Origin: Hemiscyllium ocellatum
Taxonomy: Eukaryota
Reading direction: 5' to 3'
NCBI RefSeq assembly: GCF_020745735.1
Contig: NC_083437.1
Coordinates: 22,506,001-22,570,000 of the forward strand
Length of the DNA stretch: 64,000 nt
In this document: positions 1-11,645 of the stretch, in pieces
Position numbering within the stretch: position 1 is the first letter of the stretch
Layout: the number at the start of each line of letters is the position of its first letter
Program-made: the position numbers and the translations under genes
Notes under the pieces: generated by a model
Database searches by the model: none
Told to the model about the DNA's origin: nothing
The model's input: only the letters and a program-made list of their open reading frames with translations

Positions 1-862
1 GTTAGGAGATTACAGGGTGACTGGACAGGTTAGGTGAGTGATCAGATGCATGGCAGATGCAGTTTAATATGGATAGATGTGTGGTTATCCACTTTGGTGG
101 CAAGAACAGGAAGGCAGATTACTACCTAAATGGAATCAATTTAGGTAAATGGGCAGTAAAAAGAGATCTGGGTGTTCTTGTACACCAGTCAATGAAGGTA
201 AGCATGCAGATACAGCAGGTAGTGAAGAAGGCTAATAGCATGCTGGCCTTCATAACAAGAGGGATTGAGTATAGAAACAAAGAGGTTCTTCTGCAGCTGT
301 ACAGGACCCTGGTGAGACCACACCTGGAGTATTGTGTGCAGTTCTGGTCTCCAAATTTGAGGTAAGACATTCTGGCTATTGAAGGAGTGCAGTGTAGGTT
401 CACGAGGTCAATTCCTGGAATGGCGAGACTACCTTATGCTGAAAGACTGGAGCGACTGGGCTTGTATACCCTTGAATTTAGAAGACTGAGAGGGAATCTG
501 ATTGAGACATATAAGATTATTAAAGGATTGGACACCCTGGAGGCAGGAAACATGTTTCCACTGATGGGTGTGTGCCGAACGAGAGGACAAAGCTTAAAAA
601 TATGGGGTAGACCATTTAGGATAGAGATGAGGAGAAACTTCTTCACTCAGAGAGTGGTGGCTAGATGGAATGCTCTGCCCCAAAAGGGCAGTGGAGGCCC
701 AGTCTCTGGATTCATTTAAGAAAGAGTTGGATAGAGCTCTCAAGGATAGTGGAATCAAGGGTTATGGGGATAAGGCAGGAACAGAATACTGATTAAGGAT
801 GATCATATTGAATGGTGGTGCAGGCTCAAAGGGCAGAATGGCCTACTCCTGCACCTATTGTC
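1..862 (+). mobile_element. CR1-clade LINE, 3' fragment (end of ORF2 plus 3' UTR), degenerate
   Basis: ORFs 57-365 and 387-719 carry CR1 ORF2 C-terminal motifs (RDLGVLV, LYRTLVRPHLEYCVQFWSP, RRLRGNLIETYKII, FFTQRVV..WNALP) broken by stops. Confidence 0.9.
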
Positions 863-1524
863 TATCTTGCCTCTTACCTCCTGCCACATTTCCACAGCCA
901 TCACTCACAGCAAGTGCTCTGGATAAAGTGACATGCACAGAGTTCAACAGCAGAAGGTTCAGCGAAAGGAAGATTCTGGGAGGTTCACGGAAGTGGGCAG
1001 AAGGGTCTGGAGGATTGATAGCAAGTGAGGGTACATGGGGCATGACAAAAAGAGGCCTGTAGCAGGTAGAGACAGCTGAGATCAAGGGAATCCTTTAAGG
1101 AGTATAAAGTTTTAAACAATTCACTGGAGATTTCTTCAATGAGAGTAACACGGTTCATGTAGCGTAAGTGGACTTCCAAGGCATTTCTTACATGATAAGC
1201 TATCACATTAGATTTGTAAGTAAAGTTATAGTGAGCTCATAGAATAAAAAGAGACAGTAGCAACATGGATATATGATTAGCTGAGTAACAAAAGAAACAA
1301 CATTTCATGGCCTGTGGTCTCCAAAATGTACTGTCTGTGAGTTTGGTGGAGTCAATATTAATCAATGGATACATTAGGGAATTAGACTGTTATTTGCAAG
1401 GATTAATGTGTAGGGTTCAGAGTAGCACTAAGTACTCATTTGATGAGCTGTCTTTTGCTCCTTAATTGCATTGGAATATTCCGAGCTTCTGTTATAGCCT
1501 CTGTTTCTCAATCCTTCCATGAAT

Positions 1525-1765
1525 GTGAAGAGTTTTGAAAGGGTGCAGAGAAGATTTACAAGGATGTAGTCACTGTTGGAGGATTTGTGCCAGAGAGAGG
1601 GGCTGAAATAGGCTGGGGCTATTTTCCCTGGAGTGTAGGAGGTTGAGGCGACCGTAAATAGGTTTGTAAAATCACCAGAGGGATGAATAGCGTAAATAGA
1701 CAAGGTCTTTTTCTCAGGATAGGGGAGTCCAAAACTAGAGGGCATAGGTTTAAGGTGAGAGGGGA
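1525..1765 (+). mobile_element. CR1 LINE 3' remnant
   Basis: Nucleotide similarity to the other CR1 3' ends in the window (GAAAGGGTGCAGAGAAGATTTACAAGGATG ... AAAACTAGAGGGCATAGGTTTAAGG). Confidence 0.75.
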
Positions 1766-1824
1766 AAAAAAAAGCTTAAGAACTGTGCTGCCTTCCATTG
1801 TTAAAGATGACCAGACTAGTTTTA

Positions 1825-2014
1825 GGTAAAAACAAGGACTGCAGATGCTGGAAACCAGATTCTAGATTAGAGTGGTGCTGGAAAAGCACAGCAGTTCAGG
1901 CAGCATTCAAGGACCAGGAAAATCGACGTTTCGGGCAAAAGCCCTTCATTCCTGATGAAGGGCTTTTGCCCAAAACGACTATTTTCCTGCTCCTCAGATG
2001 GTGCCTGAACTGCT
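1825..2014. mobile_element. Short fold-back PLE remnant (Neptune-type pLTR) with damaged hammerhead motifs
   Basis: Inverted arms ~1890-1949 and ~1955-2014, tail on the left. TSD AGACTAGTTTTA (1813-1824) / AGACTTGTTTTA (2015-2026). CTGATGA-A-GGGC-TTTT-GCCC-AAAAC starts at 1952 (G12 lost). Confidence 0.85.
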
Positions 2015-2029
2015 AGACTTGTTTTATAA

Positions 2030-4067
2030 AAGGCTATGGATTCTCCAAAAATGTCAGGAGGTTACTGAACAAGATTCAAGTGTATTCACAGCAGTCAGTT
2101 CAAGGACTAGTGATCTCCTTGGATGCAGAAAAGGCATTTGATTGGGTCAAGTGGCCATTTCGTTTTTATACCCTTGAATGATTTGGTTTAGGGGAGGTTT
2201 TTATTAGGTGAGTAAGGGTCCTCTGTAGAGATCCTCTGGCGGTGGTTCTCACCAATGGTGACAGCACTAGTAATTTTAATATCTGTAGCAGCAGTTGGCA
2301 AGGCTGTCCCCTCTCACCACTACTTTTTATATTGTCTATTGAGCTGCTGGCAGAGGCTATCTGCAGGGAACCTAATACAGCGGCCCAGGAAGTAGGATAA
2401 AAATCGCATAAGATCATGTTATATGCGGATGGTATTCTTGTCTTTTTGTCGAATCCAGCGATTTCGGTGTCGCACTTGTATTGTGTCATCATAGGCTCAC
2501 CAGACTATAGTGCTGCTCCCTCATTAGAGAGAAGCGACTGGTGGTGATTTAAGTTGAGGGCCACCAAGAGAGGTAACCCATGCTGTTGGCATCACACTGC
2601 TTTGCAAACAGACAACTAAGCCAACTGTTTAATACAACTTATCAATTCAACTGGTTCCTTTTCAGGTTACAAGATTAATTTCTCAAAATTGGTGGCCATG
2701 CCTATAGGTCTTAGGTGAATATCTGATGTGGAAGGTGAATCACGATTTGGGGGGTGGGGGGTGGGGGTGTTCTTTATTTAGCATCTTTGTTACTCCTGTC
2801 TTTGATCAATTGTTTAAGGCCAACTTTGGCCATTTGCTTGACAGGATTAAGCAAGATCTTCAGCGATAGGCAAGTAACTCTTAAAAGAGGTAAAAATAAT
2901 GACTGCAAATGCTGGAAACCAGATTCTGGATCAGTGGTGCTTATTGTCATAATCCTATAATTATCAGTACTGTGGCAGCTAAGAGAATCTCCTGCTTGGG
3001 TGATTTATTTGAAGATGAAATAATGATGTCCTTTGACCAAATGACCTGCAAGTATGGTCTAGCGAGCAGAGACCTTTTTCATTTTTTTTCAAGGTCAGGG
3101 ATTTTATTCAAAAAGTGACCATGCTTTTGACCGACTCCTACGGATCCGTCACAGAGAAGAGGGTGCTCCATGCTAAAAGTACTCTCTCTGTTAGTACTCT
3201 TTATCAAATGTTGGAGGGTGATCTTTCAGAAGACATTGACTGGGGCCTGGGAGAGAGAGCTAGGGGTTGAGATTTCTATGGAGACATGAAGGACATTTGT
3301 GAAAATGTAAGAAAGATTTCAATTTGTAATAGGACCCATGCCATGCAGCTAAAGATTTTGCATAGGGCATATTTGGCCCCGGACCATCTCTCAAAATTTA
3401 AGGTGGGAGGACCTTCATTATGCCCCAAGTGTAAATTAAGTATTGGTACTCTCACTCATTGTCTATGGTCTTGCCGCAGGCTCCGTACATATTGGAGTGC
3501 TGTGGTAGGAGTAATAAAGAGCATTTTGAGAATCGAAGTTAAGACGGACCCTAACTTTCTTCTTCTGGGCCTACCCAATTTATCTTATTTAGCTGCTCAT
3601 GGAAAAGAGCTTCTTAATATTCTCACTTTTGTGCAAGGAAAAATATTATGATGTATTCAGTCTCTGAAAAAGCCCCGGGTTTGTTTGATTGGCGTAACTG
3701 AAAATTTTTGTAAGATTATGGTGACCCTTTTTGCACTATCTGGATGTAGAATTATCTAACATCTTATTTGGACTTTTGTGTAGCCATGACGATCTGATTT
3801 ATTGAACTTGATGCCCTTGAAGGAAGAATTTTGAATAAATTCATGTGTAATATCAATGCTCTCGGAGGTTGGGAGCTAATGTTTCGTTGTGCTGAGCTAT
3901 TTTATTTATTTGTTGCCTTTACTGATCTGTTCATCTTGCACAAGAGTATAGTTGTGTTTTGATTGCATTTTTCAAAATTATATAATATTTTTGTTGGTTC
4001 ATTGTTGTTATAATTTTGTAATTTTATTTTTAAAAATTCTCTTTCAATAAAAATATCTATTTAAAAA
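2030..4067 (+). mobile_element. L1/Tx1-clade LINE, 5'-truncated and decayed
   Basis: Plus-strand RT motifs ISLDAEKAFD (~2113), QGCPLSPLLF (~2299) and LYADG (~2418). C-terminal Cys/His knuckle CPKC...HCLWSC in ORF 3286-3651. T-rich 3' UTR, AATAAA near 4046 and a short A tail. Confidence 0.85.
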
Positions 4068-6025
4068 GGGGCTTAAGTGTCAATTTTTTCATGCTGAAGG
4101 TGGTATGTGTATGGAATGAAGTGCCAGAGGAAGTTTTGCAAGCTAGTACAACTACAATGTTTGAAAAGCATCTGGATGGGTACATAAATAGAGTTTACAG
4201 GAATTTGGGCCACATGCTGGCAAATGGGCCTAGGATATCTGGTTGGCATGGACAAGTTGGACCGAAAGGTCTGTTTCCATGCTGTACAACTCCATGATAG
4301 TAGAGTATACTCAAGCGGGAAATCAGGAGGGTTAAAAGAGCACAAGAGACAGCTTTGATAGATAGACTTAAGAAGAATCCAAAAAGAGATTCTATAAATA
4401 AATTAAAGGCAAAAGAATAACTAGGGAGAGAATAGAGTCCCTTTACAATCAGTAAGGCCATCTTTGTGTGGAACTGCAAGGGATGGGTGAGATGCTAAAC
4501 AAGTATTTTGCGTCAGAATTTACTGTGGAGAAGGATTTGGAAACTGGAGAACTAAATAGATATCTTGAAAAACATATTACAGAGGAGGATGTGCTAGACA
4601 TTTTAAAACTCATAATAGTGGATAAATCCTAGGACCTGATCAGGTGTATCCTGGAACTTTGTGGGAAGCTAGGGAAGTATTTGCTGGGCCCTTTGCTGAG
4701 GTATCTGTATCATCAATAGCCACAGGTGGGGTGCAGGAAGACTGGAAAGTGGTTAACGTGGTGCCATTATTTTAAAAAGGTGGCAAGGAAAAGCCAGGGA
4801 ATTATAGACCGGTTAGCCTGACGTCAGTGGTGGGTAACTGTCAAAGGTGATTCGGAGGGACAGGATTTATATGTATTTGGAAAGGCAAGGACAGATTAGG
4901 GATAGTCAGCATGGCTGTGTGTGTGGGAAATATTAACTCACTAACTAGATTGAGCTTTTTGAAGAAGTGTCAAAGAAGACTAATGAAGGCAGAGGAGTGG
5001 ATATGTCTGTATGGACTTCAGTAAGGCATTCCACTAGGTTCTGCATGGCAGACTGGTTAGCATAGTTATATCACATGGAATCCAGGGAGAACTAGTCATT
5101 TGGATACAAAATTCGTTTGAAGGTAAGAGACAGAGGATGGTGGTGGAGAGTAGTTTTTCAGACTGCAGGCCTGTGATCAGCGGTATGCCACAAGGATTGG
5201 TGCTGGGTCCACTGCATTTTGTTGGTAAGTCAGTACGAAGTTCATTGGTAAGGTTGGAGATGACACCAATAGTGGTCAGGGAAGAAGGTGTTTTCCCTGG
5301 AGTCTTGGAATCTGAGAGGTAACTTTATAGAGGTTTATACGTTTACAAACTCATGAGGGACATGGACAGGGTGAATAGTCAAAGTCTTTTTCCCAGGGTA
5401 GGGGGAGTCCAAAGCTAGAAGGCATAGGTTTACAGTGAGAGTGAAAAAATTTAAAAAGGGACTGAAGGGGCAACTTTTTTCATGCAGAGGGTGGTGTGTG
5501 TATCGAATGAGATGACGGTGCAAGTGGTGAAGACTGCTTCAATTACAACATTTAAAAGGCATCTGGACAGGTATGTGAATAGGAAGGTTTAGACGGATAT
5601 GAGCCAATTTCTGGCAAATGGGACTAGATTAGGGTGGCATGGTGGCTCAGTGGTTAGCACTGCTTACTCACAGCACCAGGGACCCAGGTTCGATTCTAGC
5701 CTCAGGCGACTATCTGTGTGGAGTTTACACGTTCTCCCCGTGTACGTGCGGGTTTCCTCCGGGTGCTCCGGTTTCCTCCCACAGTCCAAAGATGTGCAGG
5801 TCAGGTGAATTGACCATGCTAAATTGCCCATAGTGTCAGGTGCATTAATCAGAGGGAAATGGGCCTGGATGGGTTATTCTTCAGAGGTTCGGCGTGGACT
5901 GGTTGGACCAAAAGGCCTGTTTAAACACTGTAGGGAATCTAATCAGATTAATTTAGGATATCTGTTCACAAGGACGAGTTGGACCAAAGGGTCTGTTTCT
6001 GCACTGTAGATATCTATGACTCTAC
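4068..6025 (+). mobile_element. Cluster of decayed CR1 LINE fragments (RT region and 3' ends)
   Basis: Degenerate NYRPVSLTS, MDFSKAF and PQGLVLGP motifs. Terminal CTCTATGACTCTA-type microsatellite near 6013-6025. Confidence 0.85.
5632..5944 (+). mobile_element. tRNA-derived V-domain SINE (HE1-like) nested in a CR1 3' UTR
   Basis: Box A TGGCTCAGTGG, box B GGTTCGATTC, V-type core TGTGTGGAGTTT..GGGTTTCCTCCGGGTGCTCCGG, CR1-like tail. TSD AGATTA at 5626-5631 and 5945-5950. Confidence 0.88.
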
Positions 6026-6999
6026 AAACAGCAAGCAGCAGAAACAATAAGGAGTTAAGTTAGTGTACTTCCCAATCATTTCAACACTTCTTGATATTCT
6101 ATTTACCAATATGGGAAGTTAGCAACGTAAAGTATATCAACTTCCAAGATATGATCCTCCAGTTGATGAAACTGCTAAAGATCTGACTAGACTTTTGCAT
6201 TGGTTTTCATGAGGAAAAACTGGTTTATTTAAAATCAAATCACTTAATGTTGCACTTTTCAAGAACATAATTTTAACTGAGAACTTACCACATTTCTTAT
6301 GTTTAAGAAGGTCTTGTGGTGCAATGTCCCTACCTCAGCCAGAAACTTTGGGTCAAGCCTCACCCCAATACTCGAGGACCAAGTGCAGTCATAACACAGT
6401 CTATCAACCTGCAAATTGTTCCATCACATGCCAATGGCAGATCCTAAGAGCAAGAGAGGCTTCTGGTCAATCATGTGATGGAAAGACAGCTGTAGCCTCT
6501 AACAGCACCATCCCTAGCTCCGTACTACAACATGCATGATGCAAGCTGCCACAGAAACTTCAACCTCCCAGAGTGAAGTGTAACACACTATTACCATGTG
6601 TTTACATACTTTGAATTCTGTTCAAAGCCATATACAGCCCAGAGTTCAATCTACTCTATTGTAGATGGCTGGATTATTGAACAATATTAAATCTTGGGGA
6701 GGTCGTGGGGGTGGGGGGTGGAGAATTGTTATATAGCATGCAGATGTGTATTGATTTGTTTGTGAATGTACCCGGAATCAGAGATGCAACCAAATAGAAG
6801 TATCCCTAGTGACAATCAGATGCGGAGCTTCATATCATAGTATGTATGGGTGTGGTTATATACAGAATTACACGTATACACTCATAGAATGGATAACAAT
6901 TGTAAAAAATGTTAGATGCTACTGTGTATATTCTGGAGTAGATGTAATATCCGGGTGTGGTGGTGTATTTAAGCCTGTACATGTCCCTCATTCTCTCAC

Positions 7000-7137
7000 C
7001 TGGCTCTCAGCCGCAGGGATACTGCTCTCCATTTCACAGAGAGCCCGAAAAGTCTCCAACTGCATGCCGCCATTCACCTGCAGGGTGAAGGTGATCTCGC
7101 TCAAATCGCGCCGAACGCAGTAAACGGTGAGCAACAT
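7000..7137 (-). CDS. DDI2: DNA damage-inducible 1 homolog 2, coding exon 1 (start of UBL domain); rest of gene lies beyond the left edge
   Basis: gccATG at 7137 gives [46 protein letters not shown], recognisable as the vertebrate DDI2 N-terminus. 138 nt, followed by donor CAG|GTGAGA. CpG-rich context. Confidence 0.93.
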
Positions 7138-7390
7138 GGCGACAACCGGCTGCCGAGCACCGAAACAGGGACACAACTGGCCCGGGGAACCAGCACCAAA
7201 AGCCAGGCGGTCGATCGCCGACTAGACCGAGGCCCAATCGCCCACAGCAGAAATTCCACCAAACACACCAACTCCGCGCTGTACAATCCACCTAACCGCA
7301 CTGCCGCAAACCAGCCCCGCCACTGTCGCAAAGCGAGCCGCACAGCAGGTGTACATGTCGCTGTCTCGCTGCCATCTTGATGAGGAAATG
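7138..7390 (-). promoter_or_regulatory. CpG-rich 5' UTR/promoter of DDI2 with a YY1-like motif
   Basis: Local CpG enrichment against an AT-rich background. Minus-strand CAAGATGGCAGC at ~7368-7379 resembles the YY1 consensus. Confidence 0.55.
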
Positions 7391-7547
7391 AATTCATTAC
7401 CTTTAACCTACTACCCCCAATCCTTATAAGGTATTCAGTGTGTAATAACTACCACAATGCATTAGTCCAGGTCCACTGATGATGGCTTTAGGAAAATGCA
7501 TCCTCTCTTTTGGAAATTAGCCCACATTCCAAAATATAAATTAGTTT

Positions 7548-7719
7548 TGATTTGGGGATGCCGGTGTTGGACTGCGGTGACAAAGTTAAAAATTACACAA
7601 CACCAGGTTATAATCCAACAGTTTTAATTGGAAGCACACTAGCTGATGAAGGAGCATCGCTCCGAAAGCTAGTTTGCTTCCAATTAAACTTGTTGGACTA
7701 TAACCTGGGGTTGTGATTG
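7548..7719. mobile_element. Short fold-back PLE remnant with a hammerhead core at its apex
   Basis: Inverted arms around ~7645 with a left tail. CTGATGA-A-GGAGC-ATC-GCTCC-GAAA-GC-TA at 7643-7671. TSD ATAAATTAGTTT (7536-7547) / ATAAATTGGTTT (7720-7731). Confidence 0.82.
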
Positions 7720-8263
7720 ATAAATTGGTTTAAAATTTTTGGGTGGAAAGAATTCTGTTTTCTTGACATCTTTTAAAATTACTAATAGAAGACTATCACA
7801 TATCTATTTCATGATAATGTTGTTTTTGCTGAAGGACATGTTCGTCAGAAAGCAAAATGAAACAGCAGTAAGAGACCACAGCATCAACTGTTAGTTTTAA
7901 ATGAAATTATCATCAATGTTCATCCTTGTAACATGCCTACGTGATCCTAACTTATTAGTTTGTTTGGGATAAGTCCTAGTAATTACAATTTTCATGCATC
8001 AGCATTTGATATTTTTGAAAGTTACATCAAAATGAAAATCATGTTGTGCAGCAAAGCATTAAAAGCAGAGTTTCATGCTAGATTCTCATCAGAGTCCTCA
8101 GCCAAGATGACAAGAAGCTGTTTGATTGGTCTTAGCATCTCAAGGGAGAAGACAGGCAAGAAGAAGCCTACCTAGGATGATGTTTTCTTCAGCACTGATA
8201 AAACAGCCAGATGACACATCATCCGGCAGACATTTGACAAATGGTCATATAGATGAAGTATGA

Positions 8264-8472
8264 AACAAAACAGAAGTGGTTGGAAAAGCTCAGCAGGTCT
8301 GGCCGCACCTGTGAACAGAAATCAGAATTAATGTTTCGGGTTCGGGGAAGGGTCACCTGACCCAAAATGTTAACTGATTTCTCTTCACAGGTGCTGCCAA
8401 ACCTGCTGAGCTTTTCCTGCAATTTGATTTCATTTCTGATTTACAATATCCACAGTTCTTTTGATTTTTATT
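8264..8472. mobile_element. Short fold-back PLE remnant (older family, decayed hammerhead)
   Basis: Inverted arms GAAAAGCTCAGCAGG.../...CCTGCTGAGCTTTTC with a right tail. Relic GAAGGGTCACCTGACCCAAAATGTT. TSD-like TAGATGAAGTATGA (8250-8263) / TAGGTGAAGCATGA (8473-8486). Same family as 54861-55076. Confidence 0.75.
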
Positions 8473-8721
8473 TAGGTGAAGCATGAGGTTTGCACTCAAG
8501 CAAAAGTGTGTACAAAATAGTTACCATACACCTTTTTCTACCCAAAAGCTAATTTTGGCATGATAGACTCCATATTTATCAATAATGGAACACATTTTGC
8601 CAGATACCATGAAGTCTACACTGAGGATAAGTAAGACGAAATTTATACAACTGAACTTGACCACACAATGTATTGGGAGCTACAAAAAATTGAAACCACA
8701 ATAAAAAAAGGAATGTTACAC

Positions 8722-8727
8722 TTTATT
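8722..8727 (-). terminator. Candidate DDOST polyadenylation signal
   Basis: Minus-strand AATAAA ~650 nt downstream of the DDOST stop codon. No transcript evidence. Confidence 0.35.
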
Positions 8728-9372
8728 TCCGATGGTGTGGAAAAATAATTTTAAGGAGAAGTTACATCAATGTGGATGCCGTAATTGGAAAACCGGAATG
8801 AAACATTTTAAATTAAACAATAGATGAAAATAAATTTCTCCCAGCTCAAAGTAACGTCTTATTGGCCAAAGGTCAAGATCTTTTTCAAGAGTGACCAAAT
8901 GGTTAATACTCAGACTCTTTTGATTTGAACCAGTGATAGATGAATGCAAAGTTTTCCAGTTTTTCTTGTGTGTATGGAGATGTCACTTAGTGAAGCACTA
9001 GAGGTCTAATAGTTTCCTTCATCTGACACAGCCAAGGAAACAATGGACTTGATTGTGAGTGAAGATGTGGTTCTAAAAAACTTTAATAGATTTTCTTTTT
9101 ACCACAAAGCTTATTCATCTCCAAGAAGAAGAATCAATACAAGGTTAAACCCATTTTCAGTAACCCACAGGACACAGATAACCTCTGATCAATGGAGGGA
9201 TCAATGATAAATGCCATTTTCAGTTTTGTTGCAACTTAGAATGTATGTGCTCAGAAAATTACTGTGGTCAGTAAAGCAAATACTAGAATTTGCACCCAAC
9301 TATCACCAATTCACATCAACTTAAATTTTCAGCATTAGTGAGGCCAAGAACACAACACACTGCAATCAGAGC

Positions 9373-9522
9373 TCACTCTGCCTTCTCTTTTTCTCTCATG
9401 TGCAAGAAGACAACTGAAAATAAGAAGAGTCCAACCATCATGGAGAAGGTGCTGGCATAATACGGGTAGGCAGATGGGATAAAACGTTCATACTGAGTAT
9501 GTTGGAGAGGTCGAACTGACAC
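9373..9522 (-). CDS. DDOST: DDOST exon 11 (TM helix, KxKxx ER-retrieval tail, stop)
   Basis: ttcaag|[49 protein letters not shown]. Confidence 0.96.
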   Translation of the reverse strand: MSVRPLQHTQYERFIPSAYPYYASTFSMMVGLFLFSVVFLHMREKEKAE

Positions 9523-10560
9523 CTTGAACAAAAAGAAACAAATCTGATTAGATGTAGATTTTTAATAAAGCAATTAATCATTTTTGTTTTTGTTTCTAAA
9601 TTGTCCTGTGAAAAAAAATCTGCAAACTCAGCCAAACATCACGCATAGCACATCCCAACATGTTCCAATAATCCATGCCTCCACTACAGAAGACCACCGA
9701 AGATATTGTCACCAGATCTGCACCAGAATATTGTGCAGAACATAGTGGGTAGCCTCCCTGTAATCTGAACCAGAAGCTCTAAGTTCGAGTGTCAATCTAG
9801 GACTTGATAATAAGGAAGATGCCTTTGTAATGTGGCCAAACAGAGCGAATATCAACTTGTAAATCATTTCAACACACAGCAAATGCCAGGCAGTTAGACA
9901 GGGAGATTCCTGGAAGTTGACTATGTACCTTCATTATCCATAGTGTTATTATAGTGATTATCTACCTTCATTATCCATAGTACATTTTGTGAAAGCAACT
10001 CGCACTCCAAATGAAATGTAACACCACTCAATCTGCTGATCTGATGACATCTTTAAATAAGTGCTCTTGTGATGCATGGTAATGTCCCTATTTCTGGCCA
10101 GAAGGTCTGGGTTCACGTTTCACCTTCACTGGAGGCATGCCATAATATGTCTGAGCAAGTTGATTAAAATAATTTGAAGGGACTGAAATCCAAAGTTTAT
10201 GACTTCACGCTTGCTGGCTTCGAACTCCATTTGATTTTCCTACTCACTCATTCTGTTTATGTCACTTTGTAACTTCCTAAGCTCACCTATCCCTCTTAAT
10301 TCAGTATCATTCTCTTTATTTATTTCTCTTGTTGTCAGTAAAGGCTGCCTCTCATAGGAGTGATTAACAGTTGGATAAGCAACAGAAATCATACTTTCTC
10401 AAAATAATGACAGAAAGCTTCTCCAAATTAAACAGCATAGACCAGAGAATTGATGGCAGATGAATATTTTTGAACCTTGCAAGCCTTTTATGACATCTAA
10501 TACACAAAGTTAAATCAATGTCGAGCAATATTGCTGCTCAAGTGCCAGCCTGTTGTATAC

Positions 10561-10667
10561 CTGGGTGGAAGAGTAAAGATGAGTGTATCCAAGCCTGTTG
10601 TAATCTACTTTAAACTGGAACACGCCATAAACATCAGGTAATTTGAATTGCACGCTGTATTTACCAT
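10561..10667 (-). CDS. DDOST: DDOST exon 10
   Basis: ttag|(D)[35 protein letters not shown]|gtatac, 107 nt. Confidence 0.96.
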
Positions 10668-11605
10668 CTAAGAAAACAAAAGATATATAGATTACAGAAC
10701 ATTTTCACTCATGATGAACTATTCATTAAACTCTACAAACAATACTACAAAATTCATTCTAAAAGTAAGAAATACAAAAATAAGAACATAAGCTAATAAA
10801 TAAATGCAAGAGAAACAAAGTACTTTATGTGGCGGGTTCTGACTTCCAGCAGTATATTTCTCATCTCTTTGTTCTTGCATTCCTTCACCTAATCTAGGTT
10901 AACGTAATAAAAGTTTTCTGCCCGACAGAGATCCCTACAAATTGAGTGGCAATAAGATGCTGCATGATGTTGACACCGAAAATGGGAACAGTTCCTAGCA
11001 CTGGTGTCCTGACTTGAGGGCTACATGAAGATTAAAGCCTGTTATTGCTCTTACAAATTTTCTTTTGCATTGTTTAGTTAAACATTTCTTATAATCACTT
11101 AATTTTCAATTTCTTTCACTTTTTCCCCAGATTATGATTCTTCACTTTTGTCTTCAGCATCATCCATGTAATTTATGACATCCTTTCCCACGTCAGAGCT
11201 ACATAACCAAATTCCACAAGCATTGTAAACATGTTTAACCACGAATGTGTATTTTCGTGAAAGACAGAGAGGTAACCCACAGTCGGTTGCTATTTGTGTC
11301 TTGGGGTTCTAAAAGTGTGGTAAAGGCCTTAGATGCCAGGATATTCTTTTTTGAGAACAATGTAATCTATACTCATGGAAACTCATTCAAAATTTTACAC
11401 TTACATCTTAATTTCTCCAAGACCCAAGCTCCAAACCTTTACCCATTCCCACTTAATAATTATATTTTCCCTATGAGAATAACATTAAAATTTTATTACC
11501 TGACTGTCAGTATTACAGTATAGCATTAAATACTGAGTATAAATATCCGTACAGGTAGTACTGTTATTGTTGTGGTTCTGTTCGCCGAGCTGGAAGTTTT
11601 TTGCT

Positions 11606-11645
11606 GCAAACGTTTCGTTCCCTGGCTAGGGAACATCATCAGTGC
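11606..11645 (-). ncRNA. Minimal type-I hammerhead ribozyme motif (sense to DDOST pre-mRNA)
   Basis: GCA-CTGATGA-T-GTTCCCT-AGCC-AGGGAAC-GAAA-CG-TT-TGC: intact core, 7-bp stem II, GUU triplet. Confidence 0.8.

Noticed and set aside
5632-5705. tRNA gene (box A and box B)
   Set aside because: It is the head of a V-SINE repeated several times in the window and does not form a full cloverleaf.
1-6999. Further DDI2 exons
   Set aside because: No exon-2-like sequence (IVYAERPL...) found by eye. The region is TE-filled intron 1.
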